Shown here: positions 40,523 to 51,612 of the stretch, piece after piece
Position numbering within the stretch: the stretch's first letter is position 1
Layout: the number at the start of each line of letters is the position of its first letter
Assembly: GCA_963778955.1 (NCBI GenBank)
Contig: CAVZWI010000001.1
Span: 285,582-349,581 of the forward strand
Direction: 5' to 3'
From: an uncultured Chloroflexia bacterium
GTDB lineage: Bacteria > Chloroflexota > Limnocylindria > Limnocylindrales > CSP1-4
Length of the DNA: 64,000 bases
The notes under the pieces: generated by a model
Told to the model about the DNA's origin: nothing
Databases searched by the model: none
What the model saw: only the letters and a program-made list of their open reading frames with translations
Translations under genes and position numbers: made by a program

Positions 40523-41044
40523 CTAGTCCTCGGGCGGGTAGATCTTCTCCGGGGGGTTGCGACGCGCCGGCCGGCAGATGAGCTCGTAGGTGACGCCGTA
40601 CTCCCGCTCCGTGTCCAGGTAGGCGTAGTGGCCGTCACCGTCGGGACCGAAGCCGGAGCCGTCCATGATCATCTTGAAACCGGCAGCTTCAGCCTGGGCC
40701 AGGGCCACCTCCATGTCATCGACCAGCACGCCGAGATGCTGCACGCCGAAGCCATGCGTCGCCACGAAGTCGGCATAGACCGTCGGCCCCTCGACCATCT
40801 CGATGAGCTCGACGCGCATCGGCCCGAAGTACGACAGCGCCACGCGCATCTTGTACTCGCAAGGCTGCCCGTAGTAGGACATCTTCTTCACGAGCGGCCT
40901 GCCGTACGTGTAGAAGTGCCACGGTCCGATCCCGAACATGTCGTGGTACATCTCCACGGTGCGGTCCAGATCCTCGACCACGAAGGCGATCTGCGCGATG
41001 CCGTTGTCCAGGAACGGCAGCCGCGGGTGGTGTTGCTGGCTCAT
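40523..41044 (-). CDS. VOC-family protein (glyoxalase/bleomycin-resistance/dioxygenase fold)
   Basis: GIAQIAFVVEDLDRTVEMYHDMFGIGPW and the tandem beta-alpha-beta-beta-beta modules place it in the VOC family. Confidence 0.7.
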   Translation of the reverse strand: MSQQHHPRLPFLDNGIAQIAFVVEDLDRTVEMYHDMFGIGPWHFYTYGRPLVKKMSYYGQPCEYKMRVALSYFGPMRVELIEMVEGPTVYADFVATHGFGVQHLGVLVDDMEVALAQAEAAGFKMIMDGSGFGPDGDGHYAYLDTEREYGVTYELICRPARRNPPEKIYPPED

Positions 41045-41053
41045 CTCGACCCC

Positions 41054-42340
41054 CTACCCGTAGAGCGCGTCCTGCAGCCGGCGCAGCCGAGCCACGAACG
41101 TCGTCTCATCGACCGCCACATCGTCCTCGGTGATGGTCGCACCCGCCTTGATGGCCCGCGTGGCCACTGCCCCTGCACCGATGCCGATGGGCACCGCCCG
41201 CATCGCCCGCGCCTCCGCGTAGGTCATGACCAGCCCGTACCAGTCGGGTCCACCGATGCCCTCGAGCACGGCGCCAGCCTCGATGTCGCGCTTGGCCGTG
41301 CAGACCACCTCGGCGTGCATCTCCTCCGCGGTCACGGTGACCTCCCCCAGCAGCACTGCCTCCGCGACCGATTGCGGCGTCTCCAGGTCGCAGAGATGGT
41401 AGGGCCGCAGGTGCAGGTAGTAGGGCCCCTCGGCATGGGTGATGAACTTCATCTCCTTGCGGATGCGGGCATCGTAGGACCGCACGATGGCGAACACACC
41501 GGGCGCGATGGCTCCGGTCGAGTAGTCCACGCAGCCGGCGCGCGACAGGACGCCGCCGTCAGCCTGCGGGATGAAGGTGCTGACCAGCTGGTCGACCTCC
41601 ACCTTCGGTCCGTGCATTCCAGGCACATCCGGCAGCAGGCCCGTGGCATTGGAGACCGCCGCCATCTCCACCATCGTCTTGGTGCCGTCCTTGAAGGCCG
41701 AGAGCATCTTGGGGTTCATGCCCTTCGTCGCAGCCTCTGCCACGCAGGCCTCAGGCGTGGCGGCGAGATCGATGACGTTGTTCTTGCCCTTGCCCAGGGC
41801 CACCACTTCGAAGCCCATCAGGACGGCCTGCTCGTGGAGCATCTTGAGCACGCCGGGCTCATCGCCCGACGCAACCGTGTACACCGAACCCATCGTTCGA
41901 GCCAGACGGTCCAGGTAGACGCCGATGGTGATGTCCGTCTCGACATTCATCATCACGACCGGCTTGCGGTTCATGATGGAGTCGTGGGCCACGCGCGCGC
42001 CCACGTCGGGCACGCCGGTGACCTCGACGATGCACTCCAGCCCTTCAAGCTGCGGCAGCGCCAGCGCATCGGGCGTGACCACCGCGGCACCGGCGCGGAT
42101 GCCATCCTCCGCCGCGCCGAGGTCCTCGGCCACCAGCACATCGGCCGCCGAGCGGCCCATCTCGCCGTAGGTGCTGACACCGCGTGACACGTCCAGGTCG
42201 GCGATGGCCGCCACCCGCATGCCCTCGATGTTGTTGATGGCATGGGCCAGCCCGGACCCCATCTGTCCGCAGCCGACGATGCCGATGCGGATGGGGTCAT
42301 CGGCGGCGACGCGCTGCCTGAGCTTGCTGACCAGCTCCAT
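41054..42340 (-). CDS. NAD(P)-dependent oxidoreductase with a SAF domain (COG4091-like), paralog of 36095..37441
   Basis: A Rossmann N-terminus (RIGIVGCGQMGSGL) is followed by VMMNVETDITIG and MVEMAAVSNATGLLPDVPGMHGP. The latter two motifs are shared with the paralog. Confidence 0.7.
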   Translation of the reverse strand: MELVSKLRQRVAADDPIRIGIVGCGQMGSGLAHAINNIEGMRVAAIADLDVSRGVSTYGEMGRSAADVLVAEDLGAAEDGIRAGAAVVTPDALALPQLEGLECIVEVTGVPDVGARVAHDSIMNRKPVVMMNVETDITIGVYLDRLARTMGSVYTVASGDEPGVLKMLHEQAVLMGFEVVALGKGKNNVIDLAATPEACVAEAATKGMNPKMLSAFKDGTKTMVEMAAVSNATGLLPDVPGMHGPKVEVDQLVSTFIPQADGGVLSRAGCVDYSTGAIAPGVFAIVRSYDARIRKEMKFITHAEGPYYLHLRPYHLCDLETPQSVAEAVLLGEVTVTAEEMHAEVVCTAKRDIEAGAVLEGIGGPDWYGLVMTYAEARAMRAVPIGIGAGAVATRAIKAGATITEDDVAVDETTFVARLRRLQDALYG

Positions 42341-42361
42341 GTATGGCTCCTGTCTGTCGCG

Positions 42362-43911
42362 CTAGTGCGACCGGATACGGGCGAGCTCGACGAAGTCTCC
42401 CCGGAGGTCCTGGTAGACCTGCTTGAAGAGCGCGAACCGTTCCATGTAATCGGCATGGGCTGCAGGGTCAGGCTCCATGGGATCGATGGTGGTGGCCCAA
42501 CCCCTGGCCACGGAAAAGTCCTTGAAGATGCCGGTCGCGACGCCGGCCAGGATGGCATCGCCGTAGGGTGCGCCGGTGCGGCGTTCCAGCAGCACGGTAC
42601 CCACCTCGAAGACGTCGGTGATGATGCGCCGCCACAGGGTCGACTTGGCACCACCCTCGTTGAGCACCAGCGGATAGTTGACACGCAAGCCTGCCGCGCT
42701 GAGCGTCTCGAACGAGTGATAGAGCGCGAAGGCGACGCCCTCCATGGCCGCACGCACGACGTGCCCCTTGGTGTGGTTGAGTGACAGGCCGAAGAGCACA
42801 CCGCGAGCGTTGACGTCCCAGATCGGCGTGCGCTCGCCCATCAGGTAGGGCAGGAACAAGAGGCTGTCCGCGCCCCGTGGAACGGCTGCTGCTTGCTCAT
42901 TGAGGACGTCGTACGCGTCAGGCCCACCTGATCTCTCGCGTTGGACCTCCAGGGCTGAGAACTGGTCGCGCAGGTACCGCAGCGTGCCGCCGCCAGTGGT
43001 CGTCGTCGGCACCGTGATGTACGTCGTCTCCGAATCCACGGTGTAGGGGAAGTTGATCGAGGCAGCGCCCGACTCACTGAAGAGGAAGTCGCGCGAGCGA
43101 TGGATGATGCCGAAGTTGCCGGCCGTACCCAGGTTCATCTGGATGTCACCCGGCTCGATGGCCCCGCCCTGCAGCCAGCCGGCATTACAGTCCACCTGGC
43201 CGCCCGCGACCGGGGTCCCCGCTGCCAGCCCGCAGTCGGCCGCTGCCGCAGGGGTGACCTCGCCGATGATGTCCTCACAGCGGCACAGGTCCGGCATCAA
43301 CGCCGGATCACGCCCATGGCCTCGAGTAGATCGGTATCGAAGCGCCGCTCGAGGATGTCGTAGACGCCGTAGAACGGCCCGGCCGAATAGTGCGCGGTCG
43401 ATGCCCCGGTGAGCTTGAAGTTGATGAAGCCGTCGATGGTCAGCACCTTGGCGATGGTGCGGTAGCGCTCGGGATGGTTGTCGCGCTCCCACAGCACGTT
43501 CATCAGCACGGGATGGTCTTCGAGCCGATTGGCGGTGATCTTGAAGATGCGCTCCGCGCCGATGTGCTCGCTGACCCAGGCCACCTCGGCGGTGGCGCGG
43601 CGATCCATCAGGTTGTAGGCGCGCGGGAGCGGCTCACCGTCGCGGTCCACAAGGACGACCGAGGGGAGCGCGGAGGAGGCGGCCACGCCCCTGATCTCGG
43701 CCGGGTCCACACCGGTCTCGGCGAGGACCTTGCGGGTCATGCGGCAGAAGGCGTCCCAATAGCGGGGCGCGTCATGCTCCGACCATCCCGGATGGTCGGT
43801 GTAGATGGGGTATTCCTCATAGGCATAGCCGACCTGCTCACCGTCTGCGTCGATGAGCGCGACCTTCGCTCCACCGGTGCCGTAGTCGGCGCCCAGGAGG
43901 TATTCAGCCAA
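42362..43911 (-). pseudogene. FGGY-family carbohydrate kinase, second copy, frameshifted as sequenced
   Basis: The N-terminus MAEYLLGADYGTGGAKVALID runs to ...[26 protein letters not shown]... follows in the next frame. A 1-bp deletion in GGATC(C)AC near 43310 explains the split. Confidence 0.8.
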
Positions 43912-44042
43912 GATCCGATTCCGTCGCCATGCTGAAATCCTCTCGCTTCTGAGAATATTCTCAACTCAACGTAGCAGGCCGCGGCCCCGGAGTCAATGTG
44001 CACGAGCCGGACCAAGACGACGCCGATGGAGCGGGACGAGCC

Positions 44043-45347
44043 TCAGGCGATCTCCACCGGAGGCGCGGTGGAGGCCTCGGCCAACACCTCGGCGGGAAGG
44101 AGTTCGCGGTCGGCCGACCGATCCCACACCGCGTCGGACCAGCGAGAGGCCACGAACGCCACGCTGCAGACGAGCACGCCGGCCACGGCGAAGGGCGTGA
44201 CCGAGCCATCGTAAGCCGCGTCGATCAGCGCGCCGATGATGGCACCACCGAGCGTGCTGATGGCTCCGATGATCGCCGCCGCGGTACCCGCGACGTGACC
44301 CATCGGCATCATCGCTGCCGAGTTCAGGTTGGGCATCACGAACGAGTGTGCCGTCAGGATCGGCAGCACCCCGAGCAGGTAGAGCCAGAACGGCGGGTGG
44401 CCACCGGTGGCGATCGCGATGGCCGCGAACAGCGTCGTGGCGGCCAGGTATCCGGTCAATGCGATGCGCACCATGCCGCGCAAGCCGAAGCGGTCGATCA
44501 GCCGCGGATTGAAGAGCATCGCCGTACCCAGCATCAGCGATGCCCCGCCGAAGACGACCGGAAACCAGGGGCCCAGGCCAAAGACGTCGTCGATGATGAG
44601 CTCGGTCGAGGCGAGATACGAGGCAAAGAACCCAAAGACCGCCATCTGTGCGATGGTGAAACCCATTGCGAAGCGGCTGCCGAGCACGACGCGCGCGGCG
44701 GTCAGCAAGCGGGAGAGGGAGAGCGGCAGGCGGCGCTCCGCCGGCAGCGTCTCCGGCAGGCGCCTGGCCCACAGACCGGCGCCGACGGCGGCGACGACGA
44801 AGAATGCGAAGATCCAGCGCCAGTTCCCTATGGCCAGCACGGCCGTACCCAGCGATGGCGCGATCATCGGCACCAACAGGAAGACGGCCATGATGTAGGA
44901 GAGCACCTTGGCCATCTGGTCGCCGCGGTAGCGGTCGCGGATCGTCCCCTGGGTCACGACGCGGATGGCGGCCGCGCCAAGACCTCCCACGAAACGCATC
45001 AGCAACAGGATCGACAGCGATGGCGAGAGGGCAGCGCCCAGCGCTGCCAGCGAGTAGATGGCGAGACCCATCCAGAGGATGCGTTTGCGCCCCAGCGCGT
45101 CGGACAGCGGACCCCAGAACAGCTGGCCCGAGCCGAAGCCGATGAGGAACACGGTGATGACCGGCGCGATGGCGGTCGAATTGGGCTCCAGCCCAAAGCT
45201 CGAGCGCATCTCGCCGAAGGCCGGCAGCATCATGTCGATGGCCAGGGCGGTCAGCGCCATGAGCATGGAGATGAGCACGATGAACTCGCGCTTGCCCATC
45301 TCGCCGACTCGTTGGCGGGCCGCAGGCTCGTGGTTAGATGTGGTCAT
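44043..45347 (-). CDS. MFS transporter (Bcr/CflA drug-resistance subfamily)
   Basis: Twelve transmembrane segments and MFS motifs are present (GPLSDALGRKR). Confidence 0.8.
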   Translation of the reverse strand: MTTSNHEPAARQRVGEMGKREFIVLISMLMALTALAIDMMLPAFGEMRSSFGLEPNSTAIAPVITVFLIGFGSGQLFWGPLSDALGRKRILWMGLAIYSLAALGAALSPSLSILLLMRFVGGLGAAAIRVVTQGTIRDRYRGDQMAKVLSYIMAVFLLVPMIAPSLGTAVLAIGNWRWIFAFFVVAAVGAGLWARRLPETLPAERRLPLSLSRLLTAARVVLGSRFAMGFTIAQMAVFGFFASYLASTELIIDDVFGLGPWFPVVFGGASLMLGTAMLFNPRLIDRFGLRGMVRIALTGYLAATTLFAAIAIATGGHPPFWLYLLGVLPILTAHSFVMPNLNSAAMMPMGHVAGTAAAIIGAISTLGGAIIGALIDAAYDGSVTPFAVAGVLVCSVAFVASRWSDAVWDRSADRELLPAEVLAEASTAPPVEIA

Positions 45348-45371
45348 CGGCCGTGACTCATGGTCGGCTCC

Positions 45372-46068
45372 TCAGCCCAGGTCAAGCGGTATACCGACCG
45401 AGCGACGCGCGGCGCGCGCCACCCGCAGGAAGTTGGCAACGTGGGCGACCGGCCGAGATGTGGCTTCCGGCGTCGTCATAGATGGTGGGGATGGGCACCC
45501 AGTCGATGGTCAGGCCGGCACGGACCGCGTCGGTGATCATCTCCACCTCGAACTCGAAACCAACCTCGCGGCTTTCGAGCAGGTGCCCCAGCAACGGCTG
45601 GGCGATGAGCCGGTAGCCCGATTGGTTGTCCGCGATGCGGCGGCCGACAGCCCAGCTGAAGACCCGCGTGCCGAGCACATTGGCCACTCGGCGGGAGAGC
45701 GGCATGCGGCTGAAATCACGGCGCCCGATGACCAGCGGCGCCCCGCTGGCGTGCCAACGCGCCAGGAAGTCGGGAACGCAGGCCGGGTCGTGCTGGCCGT
45801 CCGCGTCGAGCGTCAGCACCGCCGCGACGCCGTCGTCGAGGGCACGGCGGAAGCCGTATCGGAGTGCCGCACCCTTGCCCTGGTTGGGCCTCTGTCGCAG
45901 CACCTTGGCCCCAGCCGCCGCGGCTACCACAGCCGTGTCATCGGTGGAGCCGTCATCGACCACCAGCACCGGCAGGTGCTCCGCGGTCGCGCGCACGACC
46001 ACATCGAGCGTCGCCGCCGCCTGGTAGGCAGGGATGACCGCGATGACGTCAGTGGCTCGGGAACCCAT
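45372..46068 (-). pseudogene. GT2-family glycosyltransferase (polyprenol-phosphate glycosyltransferase-like), frameshifted near the C-terminus
   Basis: The GT2 core reads VIPAYQAAATL...VDDGSTDDT...LDADGQHDP. The C-terminus switches frame at about 45448 (...GSHI | RPVAHVANFLRVARAARRS...). Confidence 0.7.
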
Positions 46069-46143
46069 ACGCCCATCGTAGGCTGGATGGGCGCGCAGGC
46101 TCGTCGCTGGGTGGGCCGACCGAGCGGCCGATGGTCTCCAAAG

Positions 46144-47873
46144 CGCTCAGTCGATCATGATGGCGTCGGGTGCGGGAACGCCGGTCGGCGTGGTCGCCCG
46201 CGAGGCCGGCAGCCGCCGGTTGAGGGCGAACTCGCGCATGGCCGTGGCACCCGAGAGGTTGTAGACATCCTTGAAGCCGTGCTGTGCGAGGATGCGCGTG
46301 CCCAGGTAGGAGCGCATCCCGGAGCGACAGGCCACGATCGTCGGCTTCGCGGATCAAGCTCACCAATCCGGTCACGCAACTGGTCAAGCGGGATGTTGAC
46401 GACGTCGTCGCAGTCGGCCAGCGGCAGCGCCACGACCTCGAACGGCTCGCGCACATCCACCGTCTGGTACGGGCACAGGTCGACATCGGGCTGCACAACG
46501 CGGGCAAGCCCGGCGAGGTGGTTCTCCGCGGCGAATGCGGCCATGTGCAGCGGATCCTTGGCCGAGCCGAAGGGTGGCGCATAGGCCAGGTCCAGCTCGG
46601 CCAGGTCGTGCACGTCGCCGCCGAAGTGCGTCAGGGTGGCGATGATGTCCAGGCGCTTGTCGACGCCGTCACCGCCACAGGCCTGCACGCCGAGGACCTT
46701 GCCGCTGCCCTCCTCGAAGACGAGCTTCAGGGCCATGGCCTGGGCGCCAGGGTAGTAACCGGCATGGTGGTTGGCGATGACGTGGACGGCGTTGGCGTCG
46801 AAGCCGGCGTCGCGCGCAGCGCGCAACGAAAGGCCGGTGATGCCGGCGGTCGTGCCGAAGACGCGCACGATGGACGTGCCCCAGACCGACGGCGCCGGAC
46901 GGGACGAGCCCGTGGCCGCGTGTTCACCGGCCAGTCGACCGCTGCGGTTGGCGGGTCCGGCGAGCGGCACCCGCATCTTGGCGCCGGTCGGACCGAAGGT
47001 GTATTCGGCCGCATCACCGACCGCATAGATGTCCGGGTCGTTGGTGCGCATGAACTCATCGGTGGCGATGCCACGACCGGCACCCAGCACCAGGCCGGCG
47101 TCCTCGGCCAGCTTGACGTTGGGGCGGACGCCGACGCCGAGCAGGATCAGATCGGCAGGCAGGCGCGTGCCATCGGCCAGCACCGCGGCGATGGCCCGCC
47201 CATCGCGCTCCTCGATCGAGGCGATGCCGTTGCCAAGCTCAAGACGCACGCCGTTGTACTCCAGTTGGCGGTGTAGCGGCTCGACCATCTCACGGTCCAG
47301 GAAGGGCATCACCTGCGGCTGCATCTCGACCAGGGCCACCTCAAGGCCCTTGCGCCGGAACTGCTCGACCGTCTCAAGGCCCACGTAACCGCCGCCGATG
47401 ACGACCACCTGACGGGCCTCGGGCATGGCCGCGGCGATGTGGTCGCAGTCCTCCAGATTGCGCAGCGTGAAGACGCCTTCCGAGTCGACGCCCGGGATCG
47501 GCGGCACCAGTGAATCGGCACCCGGAGCCAGGATCAGCTTGTCGTAGGCCTCGCTGTAAGTACGGCCGGCGTCAAGGTCCGAGACGGTGATGGTCTTGGC
47601 TTCACGATCGATGGACACGACCTCATTGCGCGTGCGTACCTCGATGTGGAAACGGCGCTTGAACAACTCGGGCTTGGCGACCAGCAGCTTGTCGCGGTCG
47701 CTGATCTCACCACCCAGGTAGTAGGGCAGGCCGCAGTTGGCGAACGAGACATAGGAGTCCCGCTCGAAGATGATGATGCGTGCGTCCTCGTTCATACGGC
47801 GGGCGCGGGCAGCAGCAGAGGCGCCACCAGCCACACCACCGACGATGAGGATGGTCGGGGCAGAGTCGGTCAC
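46144..47873 (-). pseudogene. CoA-disulfide reductase / NADH-oxidase-family flavoprotein with a C-terminal rhodanese domain, frameshifted as sequenced
   Basis: The FAD motif ILIVGGVAGGASAA follows a GTG start. The rhodanese domain is split as ...GELDP | AKPTIVACRSGMRSYLG by a 1-bp deletion near 46350, next to GGATC. Confidence 0.8.
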
Positions 47874-48109
47874 GGTCGGTCTCCGGTTCGGAGGGATGAT
47901 GAGTTGTTGCCGTTGATACTGAGTCTCAGCATGCGGGATGGCATCGGCCGCGTGTCCCCGAATCGGTGAGCCATGCGGACCCTTGCTTCGGACGGACGTT
48001 GAGGACACGGTGCCGTGTCGGCGTGCAACCATGACCGCGAGACGGTATGGCCCACAGGTCGCCGGCTGAAGCTCGTCGGTCGCAAAGCGTCAAAGAGGGA
48101 ACGCGTGTG

Positions 48110-48979
48110 AGACGGTACGTGAGCGAGGTGTCGGTCCTGGGTCCATGGTCGTTGGCCACCAGCCGCTCGTTCTGGGAGGGCTTCGCCCCGGCCGCGCTTT
48201 CGGCTCAACGGGATGATCAGCAACTGTCGACCGTCTTCAGGGTAGAGGCCGATTGGTCCCGTGCTGAGACGACCGTGAGCCAGCATGCTGGCACTGCCGA
48301 GGTCATCGTCCGTGGCGACGGCGACCTGGAAGCCGCCGCCATACAGGTCTGCCGCTTCCTCGCACTCGACGTGGATGGGCGCAACTGGCCCGGCGTCGCC
48401 GACCGCGATCGTGTCATGGCCGATGCGCAGGCGCGCCTGCCGGGCCTGCGCCCTTGCGGCTTCCACTCCCCGTATGAGGCGGCGGCCTGGGCAGTGCTGT
48501 CCCAGCGCCTGCGTATCGTCCAGGCAGCGCGGCTGCGTGACGACCTCGTCCATCGCCACAGCCGGGACGGCGCTTTTCCCGACCCGGAGATGCTGCGAGC
48601 GCGCGAGCTCGACCTGCCGGGCCGCAAGAGCGAGTACCTGCACGCAGTCGCGGAGGCAGCCCTGGAGGGGCGACTCGATGGCACGGCCCTGCGTTCGGTC
48701 GACCCTGACCAGGCGATCCGCAACGTTCGGGAGATCAACGGTCTAGGCCCGTTCGCCGCCGAGCTCGTCGTCATCAGGGGCGCCAATGCCCCGGATGTCG
48801 TGCCCCACCACGAGCGCCGGCTTGAAGCAGAAGTGATCGAGCGCTACGGACCCGATGCGGTACTCGACGAGGTAGCCAAGGGCTGGCGGCCGTACCGCAC
48901 GTGGGCCTGCGTGCATTTGCGAACGATGCGCGAACTACGTACCCACGAGATCACCCGACGATCGTCAGCCGCCATGTGA
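48110..48979 (+). CDS. DNA-3-methyladenine glycosylase II family protein (AlkA-like, HhH-GPD)
   Basis: The HhH-GPD region reads ...INGLGPFAAELVVIRG. The start is uncertain (48047 ATG or a GTG near 48110). Confidence 0.6.
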   Translation, partial: RRYVSEVSVLGPWSLATSRSFWEGFAPAALSAQRDDQQLSTVFRVEADWSRAETTVSQHAGTAEVIVRGDGDLEAAAIQVCRFLALDVDGRNWPGVADRDRVMADAQARLPGLRPCGFHSPYEAAAWAVLSQRLRIVQAARLRDDLVHRHSRDGAFPDPEMLRARELDLPGRKSEYLHAVAEAALEGRLDGTALRSVDPDQAIRNVREINGLGPFAAELVVIRGANAPDVVPHHERRLEAEVIERYGPDAVLDEVAKGWRPYRTWACVHLRTMRELRTHEITRRSSAAM

Positions 48980-49079
48980 GCCGTCTCCCCGGGCTGCGCG
49001 ACTACGTCGCGTTCAGGCATCATTCGCAAATGGGCAGCAGGTCGGTAGTCATTCAGGCCGTTCCTCGAGGGGTCCTCTG

Positions 49080-49680
49080 ATGGACGTCGGCGCCGTCATC
49101 TTCGTCTATGGCCTGCTGGCCCTCGTGGGCATCGTGGCCCTGTTCTGGCTGGGCCTGATGTTCGTGGCCTCGCACCTGTCCGAGCCGGTCGACCAGAGCT
49201 TCAGCCGACTCCGTCGGCGGCTCAGCCCATTGGCCATCACTGGCGCCTGGGCCGCAGCCACGTTGGCGATGGCCGGCAGCCTGTACTTCAGTGAGATCGC
49301 GCACTACACACCGTGCACCCTGTGCTGGTACCAACGCATCGCGATGTACCCATTGGTGCTGATCCTCGCCATCGCCGCGATCCGCCGGGACATCGGCATC
49401 CGGCGCTACGCCATCCCGTTGGCGGCGGTGGGCGCAGTCGATCTCCAGCTATCACTACTTGCTGGAGTGGTTCCCGCAGATCGATACCGGCGCCTGCACC
49501 GTGGGCATCCCCTGCACGCAGGTCTGGTTCCGCGAGTTCGGATTCGTCAGCCTGCCGCTGCTGGCACTCGTTGCGTTCGGGCTTGTCATCGCGCTACTGC
49601 TCATCCCGCCGCGCAAGCCCGCTCCCGATGAGCTTGCTCCCGATGAGCTCGCCGCTGATGACGAGACGCCAGCGAGCTGA
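49080..49680 (+). pseudogene. Disulfide bond formation protein B (DsbB/BdbC family), frameshifted as sequenced
   Basis: CTLCWYQR lies in the first frame. ...ISSYHYLLEWFPQIDTGACTVGIPCTQVWFREFGF lies in the next. The culprit is an extra g at gtc[g]atctcc, about 49450. Confidence 0.75.
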
Positions 49681-50622
49681 CTACCTCGCCGCGGCCTCCA
49701 CGACCGCTGTGGCGATGGCGATGTCCTGCACGGCCACACCGGTCGAGTCGAAGAGCGTGATCTGCTCGGTCGACGTCCGCCCGTTCGCCTCCCCTGCCAG
49801 CAGCGCTCCGAGCTCGATGACCTTGTCTTCGTCGATGGCGTTGGCGGCCAGGGCCCGTGCGATCTCGCCACGCGTACGGCACTGCTCCAGGCTATCGGCC
49901 ACGACGATGTCGGCGCGCGCCAGCACGTCGGCAGCCAGCTCCTGCTTCCCGATCGTGTCCGAACCGATGGCGTTGATGTGTGTACCAGGGCGGATGTCGG
50001 CCGCATGCAACAGCGGCTCGGTCGAGGGCGTGGTCGTCACGATGAGATCGGCCGACCGTGCCACCGCCGCCGGGGTCCGCACCACCTCCACCAGGAAACC
50101 GGCAGAGGCCATGTCCGTGCGGTAGCGCTCCAAACGAATGGGGTCGCGGCCCCATACGACCACGGACCGCGTCTTGAACAGCGGCCCAAGATGCTGCACC
50201 TGCAACCGAGCCTGGGTCCCCGTGCCAAGCACGCCGATGCGTTCGACGTCCGGCCGAGCCAGGACCCTGGCGCCGATCGCCCCGGCCACAGCCGTTCGCA
50301 CATCGGTCAGCCAGCCTTCATCGAGAAGCAGGGCCTCCGGCTCTCCGGTGTCCACCCGGAACACCAGCATCAGGCCGTTGCTCGAGGGCAGCCCGCGCGT
50401 GGCGTTGCCGTAGAAGCCCGAGGCGATCTTGATGACGTAGTAGCGGTCGCCGCCGATGGCGCCATACTTGATGTGGACCTCCCCATCGTCCAGCACCAAC
50501 TCCCCCACCGGCGGCACGATGGCGCGCCCGGCCGAGTAGTCCCGGAACGCCTTCTCGATCAGCGGCAGCAGGTCAAGGCCGGCCAGCGACTCCTCGATCT
50601 CTGCCCGCTCGATGATCCTCAC
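49681..50622 (-). CDS. Ornithine cyclodeaminase / mu-crystallin family protein
   Basis: A GGAGG RBS precedes a GTG start (MRIIERAEIEESLA). The Rossmann motif reads GVLGTGTQARLQ. The start overlaps the upstream stop (GTGA). Confidence 0.8.
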   Translation of the reverse strand: MRIIERAEIEESLAGLDLLPLIEKAFRDYSAGRAIVPPVGELVLDDGEVHIKYGAIGGDRYYVIKIASGFYGNATRGLPSSNGLMLVFRVDTGEPEALLLDEGWLTDVRTAVAGAIGARVLARPDVERIGVLGTGTQARLQVQHLGPLFKTRSVVVWGRDPIRLERYRTDMASAGFLVEVVRTPAAVARSADLIVTTTPSTEPLLHAADIRPGTHINAIGSDTIGKQELAADVLARADIVVADSLEQCRTRGEIARALAANAIDEDKVIELGALLAGEANGRTSTEQITLFDSTGVAVQDIAIATAVVEAAAR

Positions 50623-51612
50623 CTCCAGCCCTCCCTCATGCGTCGAAGATCTCGCCGCAGCTTCGCCACGCCGACGTTGCCGCCACAAAGGACGACAGCC
50701 GTGGTGCCCTCGACCGCCGATGCACCGGCGCGGGCCCCCGCATCGGTGCGAGCCGCCGCGTAGGCCATGGCGGCCGAGCCCTCGACCAGTTGGTGCTCGA
50801 TCTCGATGATGTCTAGGAGGGCCTGCTGGATGTCGTCCTCCTCGACGGTCACGAAGTCATCGAGCACGCGCCCCAGGATGTCGAAGGTGACGGCATCGGC
50901 TTCCACGCCTCCTGCGGTGCCATCGCTCAGCGTGGGCTCGGAGGGCATGTCCAGGATGTGACCGGCGCGTAGCGAGTGGTACATGACGGCCGATGCGGCA
51001 GGTGAGCAGCCGATGACACGCGTGGACGGCGAGACCGCCTTGATGATCCCGGCCACGCCCGACGCCAGCCCGCCACCACCGACCGCGACGTACACCCTGG
51101 CCAGATCCCCCGCCTGCTCGAGCAGCTCCAGCCCCAGCGTGCCCTGTCCCCCGATGACCTGCGGGTCGTTGTAGGGCGAGATGTAGGTCATGCCACGTTC
51201 TTGCGCCAGTGCCCGAGCGCCGGTCTCACTCTCGACGCTGTCGACGCCGTGGACCTGGATGCGGCCACCCAGCCGCTCGATGGCAGCCAGCTTGCTGGCA
51301 TTGGCGTCCTCAGGCACCACCACCAGTGCAGAGGCCCCCACGATGCGAGCGGCGTGCGCCACGGCCGCCCCGTGGTTTCCTGTCGAGGCGGTGACGATGC
51401 CACGCTCCCGCTCCTGCGCCGAGAGCGAGAGCACCTTGCTCAGGGCCCCGCGCGCCTTGAACGAACCAGTGTGCTGGAGGTTCTCGCACTTGAGCACGAC
51501 CGGTGAACCGGCCTCGACCGTCAGTCCGACGGCAGGCACGACCGGTGTCGTGAGGACGTAGGGTCGGATGCGGGCCTCGGCAGCCCGGACCTCGGCCGCG
51601 ACATCGATCACT
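50619..51612 (-). CDS. Threonine/serine dehydratase-like PLP enzyme (fold type II)
   Basis: The lysine motif reads KCENLQHTGSFKARGA and a glycine loop (VAVGGGGLASG) is present. The GTG start overlaps the aminotransferase stop. Confidence 0.8.
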
